Positions 1 through 9,342 of a stretch of DNA of 64,000 nt are shown in pieces. Below the pieces are notes generated by a model. That model was not told the DNA's origin. It searched no databases and saw nothing but the letters and a program-made list of their open reading frames with translations. How positions within the stretch are numbered: the stretch's first letter is position 1; every line of letters begins with the position of its first letter. The translations under genes were made by a program, and so were the position numbers. Source of the stretch: Nannocystis bainbridge. Its GTDB lineage: Bacteria > Myxococcota_A > Polyangia > Nannocystales > Nannocystaceae. The DNA is taken from assembly GCF_028368995.1 (NCBI RefSeq), contig NZ_JAQNDL010000002.1, positions 1,056,001 through 1,120,000 of the forward strand, given 5' to 3'.

Positions 1-576
1 GCGCGCGGCGGCGGAGGCCTTGTTGAGCAGGTCGAGCTTGTCGGCGCCCTTGGGCCGCGGGTGCAGCACGGGGTCGAAGCGCTTGCGCAGCTCGGCGACC
101 GGCTGGCCCTCGTCGAACACGGCCGAGCGCAGCTCGGTGAGGACCTCGGGGGCGTGCGGGCGCGGAGGCGCGCGGCGCGAAGGGGCAGGCTCGTCGTCGG
201 CGGGGTCGTTGGCGGGGCCGTCGCCGATCGCGCGCGAGAAGTAGTCGATCGCCTCGACGGTCGGGATCGTGCGCGCGACGCCGTCCCACTCGAGGACCTC
301 GGGGGCGTGCCGCTGCACGGTCGAGTAGCTGACGGTCAGCTTGTCGACGGTGGCCTTCTTGAGCGTGAGCTCCTGGGCGCAGTAGGCGTGGAAATCTTCG
401 TAGCCCCAGCGCTCGTAGGCCCGACCGGCGCGGACCTTGATGAGCGCCTCCGCGAGCTCGATCCACGAGCGCTTGAAGCGCTGGGTCCGCCGCACGACCT
501 CGAGCCGCTGCGCGTCCCCGCCGGTCCGCTCGAGCAGCTCGGCGAGGTCGTCGATCTTCCTGGTTCCCTTGGACAC
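1..576 (-). CDS. Conserved hypothetical protein, runs off the left edge of the window
   Basis: Not in the ORF track because it is truncated. Manual translation from GTG at 576 (AGGAG RBS upstream) gives MSKGTRKIDDLAELLE...RFKRSWIELAEALIKVRAGRAYERWGYEDFHAYCAQELTLKKATVDKL..., with high-GC3 codons. Confidence 0.7.
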   Translation of the reverse strand, partial: MSKGTRKIDDLAELLERTGGDAQRLEVVRRTQRFKRSWIELAEALIKVRAGRAYERWGYEDFHAYCAQELTLKKATVDKLTVSYSTVQRHAPEVLEWDGVARTIPTVEAIDYFSRAIGDGPANDPADDEPAPSRRAPPRPHAPEVLTELRSAVFDEGQPVAELRKRFDPVLHPRPKGADKLDLLNKASAAAR

Positions 577-623
577 CGGGGCTCCTATATCACCCGGGCC
601 GCGCCCTTTGGTACCGTGGCCGG

Positions 624-2459
624 GTGGCCCCGGACGCACACGCGCTGCCGACGCTGGCCCCGCAGACGCCGGCGGAGCCGCACCCGGTGGTACGGCTGAC
701 GCGGACGGCCCGGGCGGACTGGCAGCCGGCGGAGGCCGATCCCCCGCTGCAGGCCGGGGCGGTGATCGACGGTCGCTACCGGGTGGTCGCGGTGATCGGC
801 GAGGGCGGGATGGGCCGCGTCTACGAGACGGAGCACCTGTTCCTGCGCCGCAGGCTGGCGCTCAAGCTGGTCCGCCGCGATGCGGGCACCGGCGAGGCGG
901 CGGCGCGGCTGCTGCAAGAGGCGGTGCTGGCCGGGAAGGTGCCGCACGCGACGGTGGTGCCGGTGTTCGACTGCGCCGCGCTGCCCGACGGCCAGGTCTA
1001 CGTGGCGATGGAGCTGCTGCGCGGCGAGAGCCTCGAGGAGGCGCTGATGCGGCCGCAGCGGGCGGAGGCGGTGCTGCGCTGGCTGGCCGAGGTGGCGCGC
1101 GGGCTCGGGGCGGCCCACCGCGCGGGTATCGTCCATCGCGACGTTAAGCCGGCCAACCTGTTCCTGGCCCGCGCGAACGATGGTTCGGTGCAGCCGCGGA
1201 TCCTCGACTTCGGGATCGCCAAGCTGCTGCCGGGGCTGGCGGGCGAGGCCGGGGCGGCGGTCCAGACGCAGGCCGGGGCGCTGCTGGGGACGCCGTTCTA
1301 CATGGCGCCGGAGCGGATCCGCGGCGAGACGGGCGACGGCAGCGCGGACCTCTACGGGTTCGGGGTGATCCTCTACGAGGCGCTGACCGGGCAGGTGCCG
1401 TTCGTCGGCGAGGGCTTCATGGAGATCGTCGGCCGTCACCTGCGCGAGCCGCCGCTCGACCCGCGGCAAGCGGCCCCGCAGCGGCGGATCCCCGACGCGC
1501 TGGCCGAGCTGGCGCTGGCGCTGCTGCGCAAGGATCCGCAGGCGCGACCGCAGGGCGGCGAGGCGGTGGCGGCCGCGCTGCTGGCGGTGCTCGGGGACGA
1601 CCGCGCGGCGGTGGAAGAGTTGTGGCTGGGGGCGGAGGCGCCGGTGTCGGTGGTGGCGGCGACGCAGGCGATCGAGGAGGGGTCGACGCAGCGGCTCGCG
1701 GGACAGGTCTTCGAGGACATGTCTGAAGGGGCATGTCTTAAAGATGGTGTCTCTGGGGACATGTCCTCGGGGGCGAGTCGCGCGAGCGAGCCGTCGTGGG
1801 CCAGCGCGACGGCGGCGACGCTGCCGCCGGGGCTGCGGGGGGCGGAGGCTTCCCGGCATGAGATGTCCCCGGGGACAGGTTCATCCCGGCGCGCGGAGAT
1901 GGCCGCGGAGACAGGTTCGATGGCCGGCGTCGCGAGCGAGATGTCCTTGGAGACAGGCTCAGGCTCGCGGTTCGGGGCCGGGACGGGGCCCGACGAGCCG
2001 GCGCGATCGGACATGGCCTCGCAGCCAGGTCGAGCGGCCGGCAGCCTGCGGGCCGCGGCGCTGGTGCTGGCGTGCATGGCGGGGGGACTGGTGGCGTGGG
2101 TGTTGATGCCGCGCGAGCAGGCCGGCGAGGCGGCCGAGGTGCCGGCCCGGACGGTCCCGATTCCGCCGCTGCCGGTCGCATCGCCAGGGCGGGGCGCGAC
2201 CCGGATGGAGGCCGCCCTGGAGCCCGAGGCCGGGGCGACCGATTCTTCGCCAGAGAGCCTCACGAACGGGTCTGCGGGGCCGGCGACGGAGCCCGCGGCC
2301 GCGGTTACGACGAGCGCCGGGGCCGAGCCCGAGGCGAAGGCGGCCGATCCGGCGCCGGTGAAGAAGCGACCCAGGAAACCGCCGCGCAAAGCTGGTACAA
2401 CCGAGCCAGGTCCGCGCGAATCGGGGCCGAAGATCAAGACCGATGTCTACGACGAGTGA
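624..2459 (+). CDS. Eukaryotic-like Ser/Thr protein kinase with TM segment and low-complexity tail
   Basis: GEGGMGRVY, LALK, HRDVKPAN, DFG and GTPFYMAPE motifs; hydrophobic segment ALVLACMAGGLVAWVLM. Confidence 0.93.
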   Translation: MAPDAHALPTLAPQTPAEPHPVVRLTRTARADWQPAEADPPLQAGAVIDGRYRVVAVIGEGGMGRVYETEHLFLRRRLALKLVRRDAGTGEAAARLLQEAVLAGKVPHATVVPVFDCAALPDGQVYVAMELLRGESLEEALMRPQRAEAVLRWLAEVARGLGAAHRAGIVHRDVKPANLFLARANDGSVQPRILDFGIAKLLPGLAGEAGAAVQTQAGALLGTPFYMAPERIRGETGDGSADLYGFGVILYEALTGQVPFVGEGFMEIVGRHLREPPLDPRQAAPQRRIPDALAELALALLRKDPQARPQGGEAVAAALLAVLGDDRAAVEELWLGAEAPVSVVAATQAIEEGSTQRLAGQVFEDMSEGACLKDGVSGDMSSGASRASEPSWASATAATLPPGLRGAEASRHEMSPGTGSSRRAEMAAETGSMAGVASEMSLETGSGSRFGAGTGPDEPARSDMASQPGRAAGSLRAAALVLACMAGGLVAWVLMPREQAGEAAEVPARTVPIPPLPVASPGRGATRMEAALEPEAGATDSSPESLTNGSAGPATEPAAAVTTSAGAEPEAKAADPAPVKKRPRKPPRKAGTTEPGPRESGPKIKTDVYDE

Positions 2460-3117
2460 GACTCCCCGGTGCCAGCGCCCGCGTGCGGCGGGCTGGCGAC
2501 GCGCGCTGGTCGGCGCTCTCGTGTTCGCGCTGGCGCGGCCGGCCGCGGCGGCTCCGGGAGCGCCCACCGAGGCGCCGGCGACGGTCGATGCTGCGCTGGC
2601 CGCCGGCGACCTGGGGACCGCGCGGGCGCTGGCCGAGCAGGCCCGGGCGGCCGACCCGAGCGCCGACAACTGGCGCCGCGAGGCCGAGGTGTGCCAGCGC
2701 GTGGCCGACTACGTGTGCGCGCGGGCGGCCTGGAAGGGTCACCTGGCGGCGCTGCCGAAGGGGGCCGATCGCGCGTCGGCGGAGGCGCAGCTGGCTGCCC
2801 TCGAGGACATGTCCCGGGGGACAGTCGAGGACGAGGCGGCGTCGACCCACCGCGCCGGGCTCGACAAGGCCCGCGCCGACAAGGACGGGGCGGTGCGCCC
2901 GAAGCCGGCGATCGCCGAGGGTCCGAAGCCGGGGCCGGTGAAGCGCGAGCGGATCGTGAAGAAGTGGTACTTCTGGGTGACGACGATCGCGATCGCGGCG
3001 GCGGCCGGGGCGATCACGGGCATCGCCATCCAGGCGGCCCGCGACGAGCGAACCGACGATCTGGACGAGCGGGCTCGCCTGCGGTTCCAGCCGGAAGGCC
3101 TCGGGCTGCGGTTCTGA
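2443..3117 (+). CDS. Exported TPR-like helical protein, kinase-associated
   Basis: Signal-like ALVGALVFALARPAAAA, TPR-like helices, KKWYFWV plus hydrophobic stretch, C-terminal GLGLRF; overlaps the kinase stop. Confidence 0.7.
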   Translation: MSTTSETPRCQRPRAAGWRRALVGALVFALARPAAAAPGAPTEAPATVDAALAAGDLGTARALAEQARAADPSADNWRREAEVCQRVADYVCARAAWKGHLAALPKGADRASAEAQLAALEDMSRGTVEDEAASTHRAGLDKARADKDGAVRPKPAIAEGPKPGPVKRERIVKKWYFWVTTIAIAAAAGAITGIAIQAARDERTDDLDERARLRFQPEGLGLRF

Positions 3118-3135
3118 GGACGAAAGCCCCGGATG

Positions 3136-3341
3136 CCTGGCGCAGAGACGTCGGGCTGGTGGCGAGCCCGAGAGCTTGGCGTCGAAGCCGCGAGGGCCGG
3201 CCGCCGGATGTCCCAAGGGACAGGTGATGCGCGGGACCTGGCGCAGAGACGTCGGGCTGGTGGCGAGCCCGAGAGTTTTGCGTCGAAGCCGCGAGGGCCG
3301 GCCGTCGGATGTCCCAAGGGACAGGTGATGCGCGGGACCTG
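3136..3341. repeat. Tandem direct repeat, 101-bp unit x2, intergenic
   Basis: CCTGGCGCAGAGACGTCGGGCTGGTGGCGAGCCCGAGAG... begins at 3136 and 3237 with few mismatches; each unit contains TGTCC-CAAG-GGACA. Confidence 0.9.
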
Positions 3342-3492
3342 CCGGGACGCTGCCGAGGTTGTGGCTGTCTTTAGAGACAGGCGAGCCACCACGGTCGTTC
3401 GTGGTCCGACAGGGGGCGCGAGGGACAGCCCGCGGCTGGGGTGATCTTGGGCGCCGCGTGTGATCGAACCGACGCGGCGCGGTTTCGTGCCG

Positions 3493-4581
3493 CTAGTAGA
3501 CGGCGCCGTGGAGGGTGAGGCGCAGCCGCTTGAGCGAGAGGGCGCCGCTGCCCCCGGACGCGAAGACGCGCAGGCCCTGGAACTCGTTGTTGCCGACGAT
3601 GCAGGTGCCGAGGTCGACGCCGGCGCTGTGGATCGACCAGTCGTTGGCCATCGAGCCGGTCGAGCCGCACTTGTTGAGCTGGTTCTGCACGGTGAAGATC
3701 ACCGACGAACCGACCGAGTAGCTGCGGCCCTGGGCGCACACCGTCGCGTGATCGTAGGTGAGGCCGCCGATGCCGAACATGATCTGCAGGGCGCCGTTGC
3801 CGTCGACGATCGCCGCGGTGCCGATCTGGTCCTCGTCGACCTCGACGTTTTGATAGATGTCCCACACCTCGGGCCACGACTCGCCCTGCGGCGCCCACTC
3901 AGCCTCGCCCCAGCCCGGCGTCGGCGAGTAGGTCCAGTCGGGGTTGGTCGAGGTGAAGGCGCTCTCGTAGTCGATCTCGAACCAGACGCCGTCGGACGCG
4001 AAGCCGCACGGGTCGCTGGCGGGCATCGGCGTGGGCGTGCAGTCGTTCTCGCAGCCGTCGCCCGGGATCTTGTTGCCGTCGTCGCAAGCCTCGCCGCCTT
4101 CGACCTCGCCGTCGCCGCAGACCGGCGGGGCGGGCGGTCCGCACAGGCCGGCCTGGCACTCGAGGCCGGGGGCGCAGGCGTCGCCCCGACCGCAGGGACA
4201 ACCCTCCTGTCCGATCGGACAGGGTTCGCCGGTGGTGCCGTCGCCGGTCGTGGTCGTGGTCGTGGTCGTGTCGGAGGCGGCTGTGTCGCCGCCGCTGTCG
4301 GTCGCCTCGCTGCCGCTCGCGGGCTCGCTGGCGCCCGTGGCGTCGGTGGCGTCGGTGGCCGTGGCGTCGGTGGTCGCGGCGGAGGTCGCGTCGCTCGCCG
4401 CGGTCAGCGACCCGGCTGACGTGGTCGGCGCGGGCTCGGAGGTGCCGGTCCCGGTCGGCGCAGGGTCGGTCGAATTCGCGGCCGTGACGGACGTGATGCC
4501 GGCGGAGGCGGTGGTGGTGGGGTCCGAGGGATCGCCGCAGGCGGCGAGGAGCAGGAGCGGTCCGAAGCGACGGAGGCGCAT
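3493..4581 (-). CDS. Lipoprotein with Thr/Ser-rich linker and Myxococcus cysteine-rich (DUF4215-like) repeat
   Basis: MRLRRFGPLLLLAAC lipobox; CGDGEVEGGEACDDGNKIPGDGCENDC repeat; beta-rich C-terminal domain. Confidence 0.82.
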   Translation of the reverse strand: MRLRRFGPLLLLAACGDPSDPTTTASAGITSVTAANSTDPAPTGTGTSEPAPTTSAGSLTAASDATSAATTDATATDATDATGASEPASGSEATDSGGDTAASDTTTTTTTTGDGTTGEPCPIGQEGCPCGRGDACAPGLECQAGLCGPPAPPVCGDGEVEGGEACDDGNKIPGDGCENDCTPTPMPASDPCGFASDGVWFEIDYESAFTSTNPDWTYSPTPGWGEAEWAPQGESWPEVWDIYQNVEVDEDQIGTAAIVDGNGALQIMFGIGGLTYDHATVCAQGRSYSVGSSVIFTVQNQLNKCGSTGSMANDWSIHSAGVDLGTCIVGNNEFQGLRVFASGGSGALSLKRLRLTLHGAVY

Positions 4582-4809
4582 GGTCGACGAGGATAGTGGG
4601 TGGCTCGGGGGCCGCCGAGGGGTCCGATGCAGGGTTTGCATCAGAGGTCGACCGAGCGGCGCAGCACTTTGGTCGCGCGCAGCGGGTCCATGCTACGTTG
4701 GGTCGCACGACGACACGCGGGCGCGGGCCCGATCCCGCGCACGGGACTTGTTTGAGGGCCTTCGGGCCCGATCGCTTCAGGGGCCTGAGTTCGCCACCGC
4801 ACCGAGGGC

Positions 4810-6666
4810 ATGATGCCGGTTAAGAGATCCATCCCCGCATCCGGGACAGACGCCCTGATCGGCCAGACGATCGGCAGCCACTACACCCTGCAGCGCGTCC
4901 TGGAGCGGGGACCGCGGGTGCTGGCGTTCCTCGCCACGCACCGCACCATGCACCGCACCGTCGTCATCCAGGTGCTCGCGGCGGCGTGGGCCGACGGGAC
5001 GCCGGCGGCGGCGCGCTTCGACGAGCAGGCCAAGGCGCTGGCGGCGCTCGAGCACCCGAACATCGCCGCGGTGCACGACCACGGGCGCGAGCCGGGGCGC
5101 GTGTGGATCGCGGTCGAGTACGTCGAGGGCGAGACGCTGGGCGACTACGTGCGCCGCATGGGTCGACTGCAGCTCGAGGGTTTCGTGCCGATCGCCGCGC
5201 AGGTGCTCAAGGGCCTCGGCGGCGCGCACGTGCGGCGCATCGTGCACGGCGACCTGAACGCCAGCCAGGTGATGCTGGTCGAGGAGCAGGGGCGCGCCAA
5301 CTACGTCAAGCTGCTCGACCTCGGGATCGCGGCGCTGCTCGAGGCGCCCGATGACAGCGACGAGGAGGCGCCGATGGTCGGCGAGCCGGCCTACCTCGCG
5401 CCCGAAGTCATCATGAACGCGCCGGCCGACGCGCGCTCCGACGTGTACGCCGTCGGGGTGCTGTTCTATTACATGCTCAGCGGTCGGCTGCCGTTCGAGG
5501 GCGACAGCCCGCGCGACGTGCTGCACAAGCACGTCAACGCCAAGCCGACGCCGCTCGAGTCGGTGCTGCCGGCGGATCACGGCGTGCCCGACGAGCTGAT
5601 CCACCTGGTCCACGACTGCCTGGCCAAGAACCCCGACAACCGGCCGACCGACGCCAACGAGATCGTCGAGCGGATGATCGATTGCGTGCCGGCGGCGATG
5701 TTCCGCCTGCCGGTCGCGGCGCCGCGCAGCCGCGTGGGCCAGGGCAACGTGTCCCGAGGGCCAGGTCTCGGCGACGCCGAGGCGGCCCAGGACCGGGCCC
5801 GTTCGGCGACGTTGGCTGCCGCCGTCGAGGCCAGCGGCGCCCGCCCGATCCCCGTCGTCGAGGCGCCGGCGAGCGTGGTGGTCCACGAGCCGCCCAGCTC
5901 CAGCGGCAGCTCCGGCTGGATCTTCGCCCTGCTGGCGATCGTCGGCGTCGGCGTCGGCGTGTACTTCTATCTCGAGAGCCAGAAGGTGCCGCAGGTGCCG
6001 CCGGTAGCGATGCCGCACGAGGCGCCGCCGCAGCTGGCCGCCGGGCTGGCCAAGGCGCAAGAGTTCGAAGCCGCCGGCAGGTTGCAGGAGGCGCTCGCGG
6101 CCTACGAGGTCGTGCTGGTCACCGACCCGACCAACGCCCAGGCCAAGGAGCGCCAGGCTGCCCTGAAGGCCATGATCGCCGAGGCGGAGGCCAAGGGCCA
6201 GCTGCCGCCGGACACGAAGGTGGAGACGCCGCCGGACACCAAGGTCGACGGGCCGCCGGATACGAAGGTCGACGCGCCGCCCGAGACGCCGCCGGACACG
6301 AAGGTGGAGACGCCGCCGGACACGAAGGTCGAGACCCCGCCGCAGCCCGTCGGGCCGGTGGCGTTCGCGGTCGAGGCGACGCCGAAGGCCGAGGTGTTCG
6401 TCGACGGCGAGTTGAAGGGCAAGACGCCGCTGACGCTCGAGCTGTCGCCCGGACCGCACAAGATCGAGCTCAAGGCCAAGGGCTTCGACACCCACACCGA
6501 GACGCTCGAGGTCGCGGCCGACGGTCAGAAGGAGCTCAAGGCCAAGCTCAAGCGGGCCGACCGCAAGACCTTCCGTGACGAGGAGAACGCGGCCTCGGAG
6601 GACCTCGACCCCGAAGAGGGCGTCGGCACGAACATCGAGATCACCCGGCCCAAGAAGGGCGGGTGA
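4810..6666 (+). CDS. Ser/Thr kinase-like protein (probable pseudokinase) with TM, TPR and PEGA domains
   Basis: HPNIAAVHD, HGDLNASQV, DLG, YLAPE and SDVYAVG motifs; TM WIFALLAIVGVGVGVYFYL; PEGA-like AEVFVDGELKGKTPL...GPHKIELK. Confidence 0.88.
   Translation: MMPVKRSIPASGTDALIGQTIGSHYTLQRVLERGPRVLAFLATHRTMHRTVVIQVLAAAWADGTPAAARFDEQAKALAALEHPNIAAVHDHGREPGRVWIAVEYVEGETLGDYVRRMGRLQLEGFVPIAAQVLKGLGGAHVRRIVHGDLNASQVMLVEEQGRANYVKLLDLGIAALLEAPDDSDEEAPMVGEPAYLAPEVIMNAPADARSDVYAVGVLFYYMLSGRLPFEGDSPRDVLHKHVNAKPTPLESVLPADHGVPDELIHLVHDCLAKNPDNRPTDANEIVERMIDCVPAAMFRLPVAAPRSRVGQGNVSRGPGLGDAEAAQDRARSATLAAAVEASGARPIPVVEAPASVVVHEPPSSSGSSGWIFALLAIVGVGVGVYFYLESQKVPQVPPVAMPHEAPPQLAAGLAKAQEFEAAGRLQEALAAYEVVLVTDPTNAQAKERQAALKAMIAEAEAKGQLPPDTKVETPPDTKVDGPPDTKVDAPPETPPDTKVETPPDTKVETPPQPVGPVAFAVEATPKAEVFVDGELKGKTPLTLELSPGPHKIELKAKGFDTHTETLEVAADGQKELKAKLKRADRKTFRDEENAASEDLDPEEGVGTNIEITRPKKGG
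6205..6342 (+). repeat. Coding tandem repeat of about 24 bp encoding PPDTKV(E/D)x, five copies
   Basis: CCGCCGGACACGAAGGTGGAGACG-like units; protein PPDTKVETPPDTKVDGPPDTKVDAPPETPPDTKVETPPDTKVETPP. Confidence 0.85.
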
Positions 6667-6717
6667 GCCGCGACGACCTGTCCCGAGGGGCAGGTGGTAC
6701 GCGACCTCGCGCGGCCC

Positions 6718-8280
6718 TCAGTCGCTGCGCAGCACGACGAAGCGCAGCGACTCACGCTCGCCGCGGTGCTCGTAGAGCAGCACCGCCGCCGGCCCGAGCG
6801 TGGCCGTCGTGTCCTCGACCGCCCAGTTGCCCTCGACCGTCAGCGCGGCGGTGAATTCAGGGCGGCGGTACACGGTGAAGCGCGGCGGCTCGCGGGCGGC
6901 GACGAAGCCCGCGCCGATCCACTGGATCCCGGGGATGTCCTTCGGGACAGTTTGTAGCAGCTTGCCGTCGCGCGCCAGCAAGCCGAGCTCCGGGCCGCCC
7001 GTGCGCACGTAGCCGTCGCCGGCCGGGTCGCGGGTGAGGGCCTGGTCCTTCGCCAGGGTGTGCTCGTGCAGGGTGGCGCCGTCGCGCAGATCGAGCCATG
7101 CGTGGGTCGGCGTGCTGGCGTAGGCGAGCATGTTCGTGGCCTCGGCCGGGGCGAGGGCCACGCGGTCGGGCGGCAGCTCCCGACGCCAGCGCTGCTTGCC
7201 AGTGGTGACGTCGCGCAGCTCGACCGCGAGGGTGCGCTCGGACAGGCGACGCACCAGCAGCTTGCCGGGCGCGACCACGCGAGCGTCGGTGCTGTACGAG
7301 TCGTCCGCGCCGGCGAGCTTGGCCCGCCATCGGACATGTCCTGTAGAACATGTCCATGCGACCATGTCGTGTTCGTCGACCGACCAGCACACGTCGGTCG
7401 CCACGTCGCCGCCGACCGGGCGGTACCGCTGCACGGCGTCGGACAGCGCGGGGCGGCGCCACAGCACCTTGCCCTGGTCGTTGACCGCGAGCGCCTCGTA
7501 GGCGTCGTCCATCGGCTGGCTGCGCTTGACGCCGAGCAGGTAGCGGCCGCCGAGCCGCCCGAACAGCCGGGGTGCACCCAAGCACATCACGTTGTGCTCC
7601 GACTGGAAATCGTCGTGGAGGTGGAGCTCGCTGCCTCGCCAGAACCCGCCGATCGGCGCCCCGGTGTCGCAGCGGAACAGCCGCCGCGTGCAGGTGCAGG
7701 CGGCCGAGCAGGCGGTGAGCGCCGGATCGTCGGCGGCGGTGCGGCCCGCGTCGGCGAAGCCGTGCACGATCTCGAGGCGGCATGCGTCGGCCCCGTTGTG
7801 GGCGCCCGCCCGGTGGGTAGCGATCACGGCGCCGCGGGCCGTGTCGACCGCGATCAGGTCGGAGCCGGCGTGCAGGAGCACGCGATCGCCGACGGCGTAG
7901 AGGGTGTGTCGGCCGCGTGGCTCGGCCTGGGCCTCGAGGCGCCACAGCTGGGCGCCCGTGCTTGCGTCGAAGGCCCGCAGGTGGCGGAAGTCGTCGTCGA
8001 GCACGATCACGCGATCGGGCAGGGCCACGGCGGCCCAGCCGCGCACGTCCAGGGCGACGCGCACGCCGGGCGCGGGCGTCAAGACGGAAAGCGGGGCCGG
8101 CGTCGGCGCGGCGGCGACCGGGTCTTTCGGACCGGTCTCTTCGGGCATGTCCTCGGGGACAGCAACCGAGGCCGCGGGGCCCGGCTGCGGGGGCGCCGTC
8201 CTGGGGGCACAAGCGACGACCACGAGCAGGACGATCGAGCGACGCACCGCTCGAGCGTGCCCGACGCCGGCGAAATTCAC
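6718..8280 (-). CDS. PQQ-type/BamB-like beta-propeller repeat lipoprotein
   Basis: Lipobox-like IVLLVVVAC; repeated AFDASTGAQLWR, AVNDQGKVLWR and DVTTGKQRWR blades. Start is 8280 (GTGA overlap) or 8247. Confidence 0.78.
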   Translation of the reverse strand: MNFAGVGHARAVRRSIVLLVVVACAPRTAPPQPGPAASVAVPEDMPEETGPKDPVAAAPTPAPLSVLTPAPGVRVALDVRGWAAVALPDRVIVLDDDFRHLRAFDASTGAQLWRLEAQAEPRGRHTLYAVGDRVLLHAGSDLIAVDTARGAVIATHRAGAHNGADACRLEIVHGFADAGRTAADDPALTACSAACTCTRRLFRCDTGAPIGGFWRGSELHLHDDFQSEHNVMCLGAPRLFGRLGGRYLLGVKRSQPMDDAYEALAVNDQGKVLWRRPALSDAVQRYRPVGGDVATDVCWSVDEHDMVAWTCSTGHVRWRAKLAGADDSYSTDARVVAPGKLLVRRLSERTLAVELRDVTTGKQRWRRELPPDRVALAPAEATNMLAYASTPTHAWLDLRDGATLHEHTLAKDQALTRDPAGDGYVRTGGPELGLLARDGKLLQTVPKDIPGIQWIGAGFVAAREPPRFTVYRRPEFTAALTVEGNWAVEDTTATLGPAAVLLYEHRGERESLRFVVLRSD

Positions 8281-8606
8281 ACCCGCAGACCGCGGCCCCG
8301 GCGATAGCCCTGACACAGGGCGCTGCCGGCCTCGACGCTGCGGCACGGCATCGGCCGCTCGCGATAGATCTCGCAGCGCACGCGCCCGCCGATCCGCCCG
8401 CGCAGGGCCACGCAGCGGCCGTCGGGGTGGAGCCGCAGGTGCGCCGTGCCCTCGTCGTCGCGGACCACGAGCTTGCGCACCAGGTCCGGTCGACGCCACA
8501 GCGGCGCCGCGGGATCGATCTCGATGTAGTGGGAGAACCCCTCGGCGATGTTCTCCGGGGTGTTCTGGCAGCAAGCGCCGCAGCTGAGGCAGTCGTAGTA
8601 AGGCAC
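8277..8606 (-). CDS. YkgJ-family CxxCxxCC cysteine-cluster protein
   Basis: DCLSCGACC ... GRCVAL ... RCEIYRERPMPCR; this is the real 3' end of the spurious 8277..11915 ORF. Confidence 0.88.
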   Translation of the reverse strand: MPYYDCLSCGACCQNTPENIAEGFSHYIEIDPAAPLWRRPDLVRKLVVRDDEGTAHLRLHPDGRCVALRGRIGGRVRCEIYRERPMPCRSVEAGSALCQGYRRGRGLRV

Positions 8607-8611
8607 GGTCG

Positions 8612-8806
8612 TCAGCCTCGCTCCGCAGCGCGGGAAACGGCGGTCACGGGGGCGCGCGCGCTCGCAGGCGCGACCTCGGCCGTCTCGCCGCGGCAGCACT
8701 CCTCGAGGTTGGTGCCGCAGCGGACGCACTGGCCGTGGCCGTGGACCCACACCAGCGCCAGCGGTTGGCCGCACCACGGGCAGCGCCTGTCGCACACCGA
8801 TTGCAC
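8612..8806 (-). CDS. Small putative Zn-ribbon protein
   Basis: CPWCG...VWVHGHGQCVRCGTNLEECC; co-oriented and adjacent to the YkgJ-like gene. Confidence 0.6.
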   Translation of the reverse strand: MQSVCDRRCPWCGQPLALVWVHGHGQCVRCGTNLEECCRGETAEVAPASARAPVTAVSRAAERG

Positions 8807-8897
8807 GCGCGCACCCTAGCGTCGTCGCGCAGGCTTGTCGACCCGCTGGCGGCCGGGTCCGCGCCGCGCGCCGCGGCGTGTGGCAAGCTGCCGGGGC

Positions 8898-9329
8898 ATG
8901 CCGGCCTTCGTCGATCACTACCGGGTCCTGGATGTCGCGCCGTCCGCGTCGGAGTCGCAGATCCGTCAGGCTTTCCGCCGCGCGGTGCACCGGCACCACG
9001 CCGATCGCCACCCCGACGACGCGTCCGCGAGCGAGCGCATGCGGGCCGTCGTGACGGCCCGCGACGTGCTGTGCGACCCGCAGCTGCGGGCCAGCTTCGA
9101 CCGCGCGCGGGCCGGGCAGGGCGCCGCCCGGGCGCCGGTCGATCCGCTGTTTCAGGCGGCCGCCCGCGCGTGGGGCCAGGCGCCGCCGCCGAACCCTCCC
9201 GCCCCGCCCGTACAGGCTCACGGCTGGGGCGCCGCCCTGGCCGGCGCGGCCGGCCTCGCCGCCGCGTTCGGGCTGTCGCTGCTGGCGGCCGCGGGCGTGG
9301 CGAAGATCCGGTCTCGTTGGGCGCCGTGA
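8898..9329 (+). CDS. J-domain (DnaJ-like) protein with C-terminal hydrophobic anchor
   Basis: DHYRVLDVAPSASESQIRQAFRR...HHADRHPDD...RDVLCDPQLRASFD; hydrophobic C-terminus. Confidence 0.8.
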   Translation: MPAFVDHYRVLDVAPSASESQIRQAFRRAVHRHHADRHPDDASASERMRAVVTARDVLCDPQLRASFDRARAGQGAARAPVDPLFQAAARAWGQAPPPNPPAPPVQAHGWGAALAGAAGLAAAFGLSLLAAAGVAKIRSRWAP

Positions 9330-9342
9330 TATCTGGCTCTCG

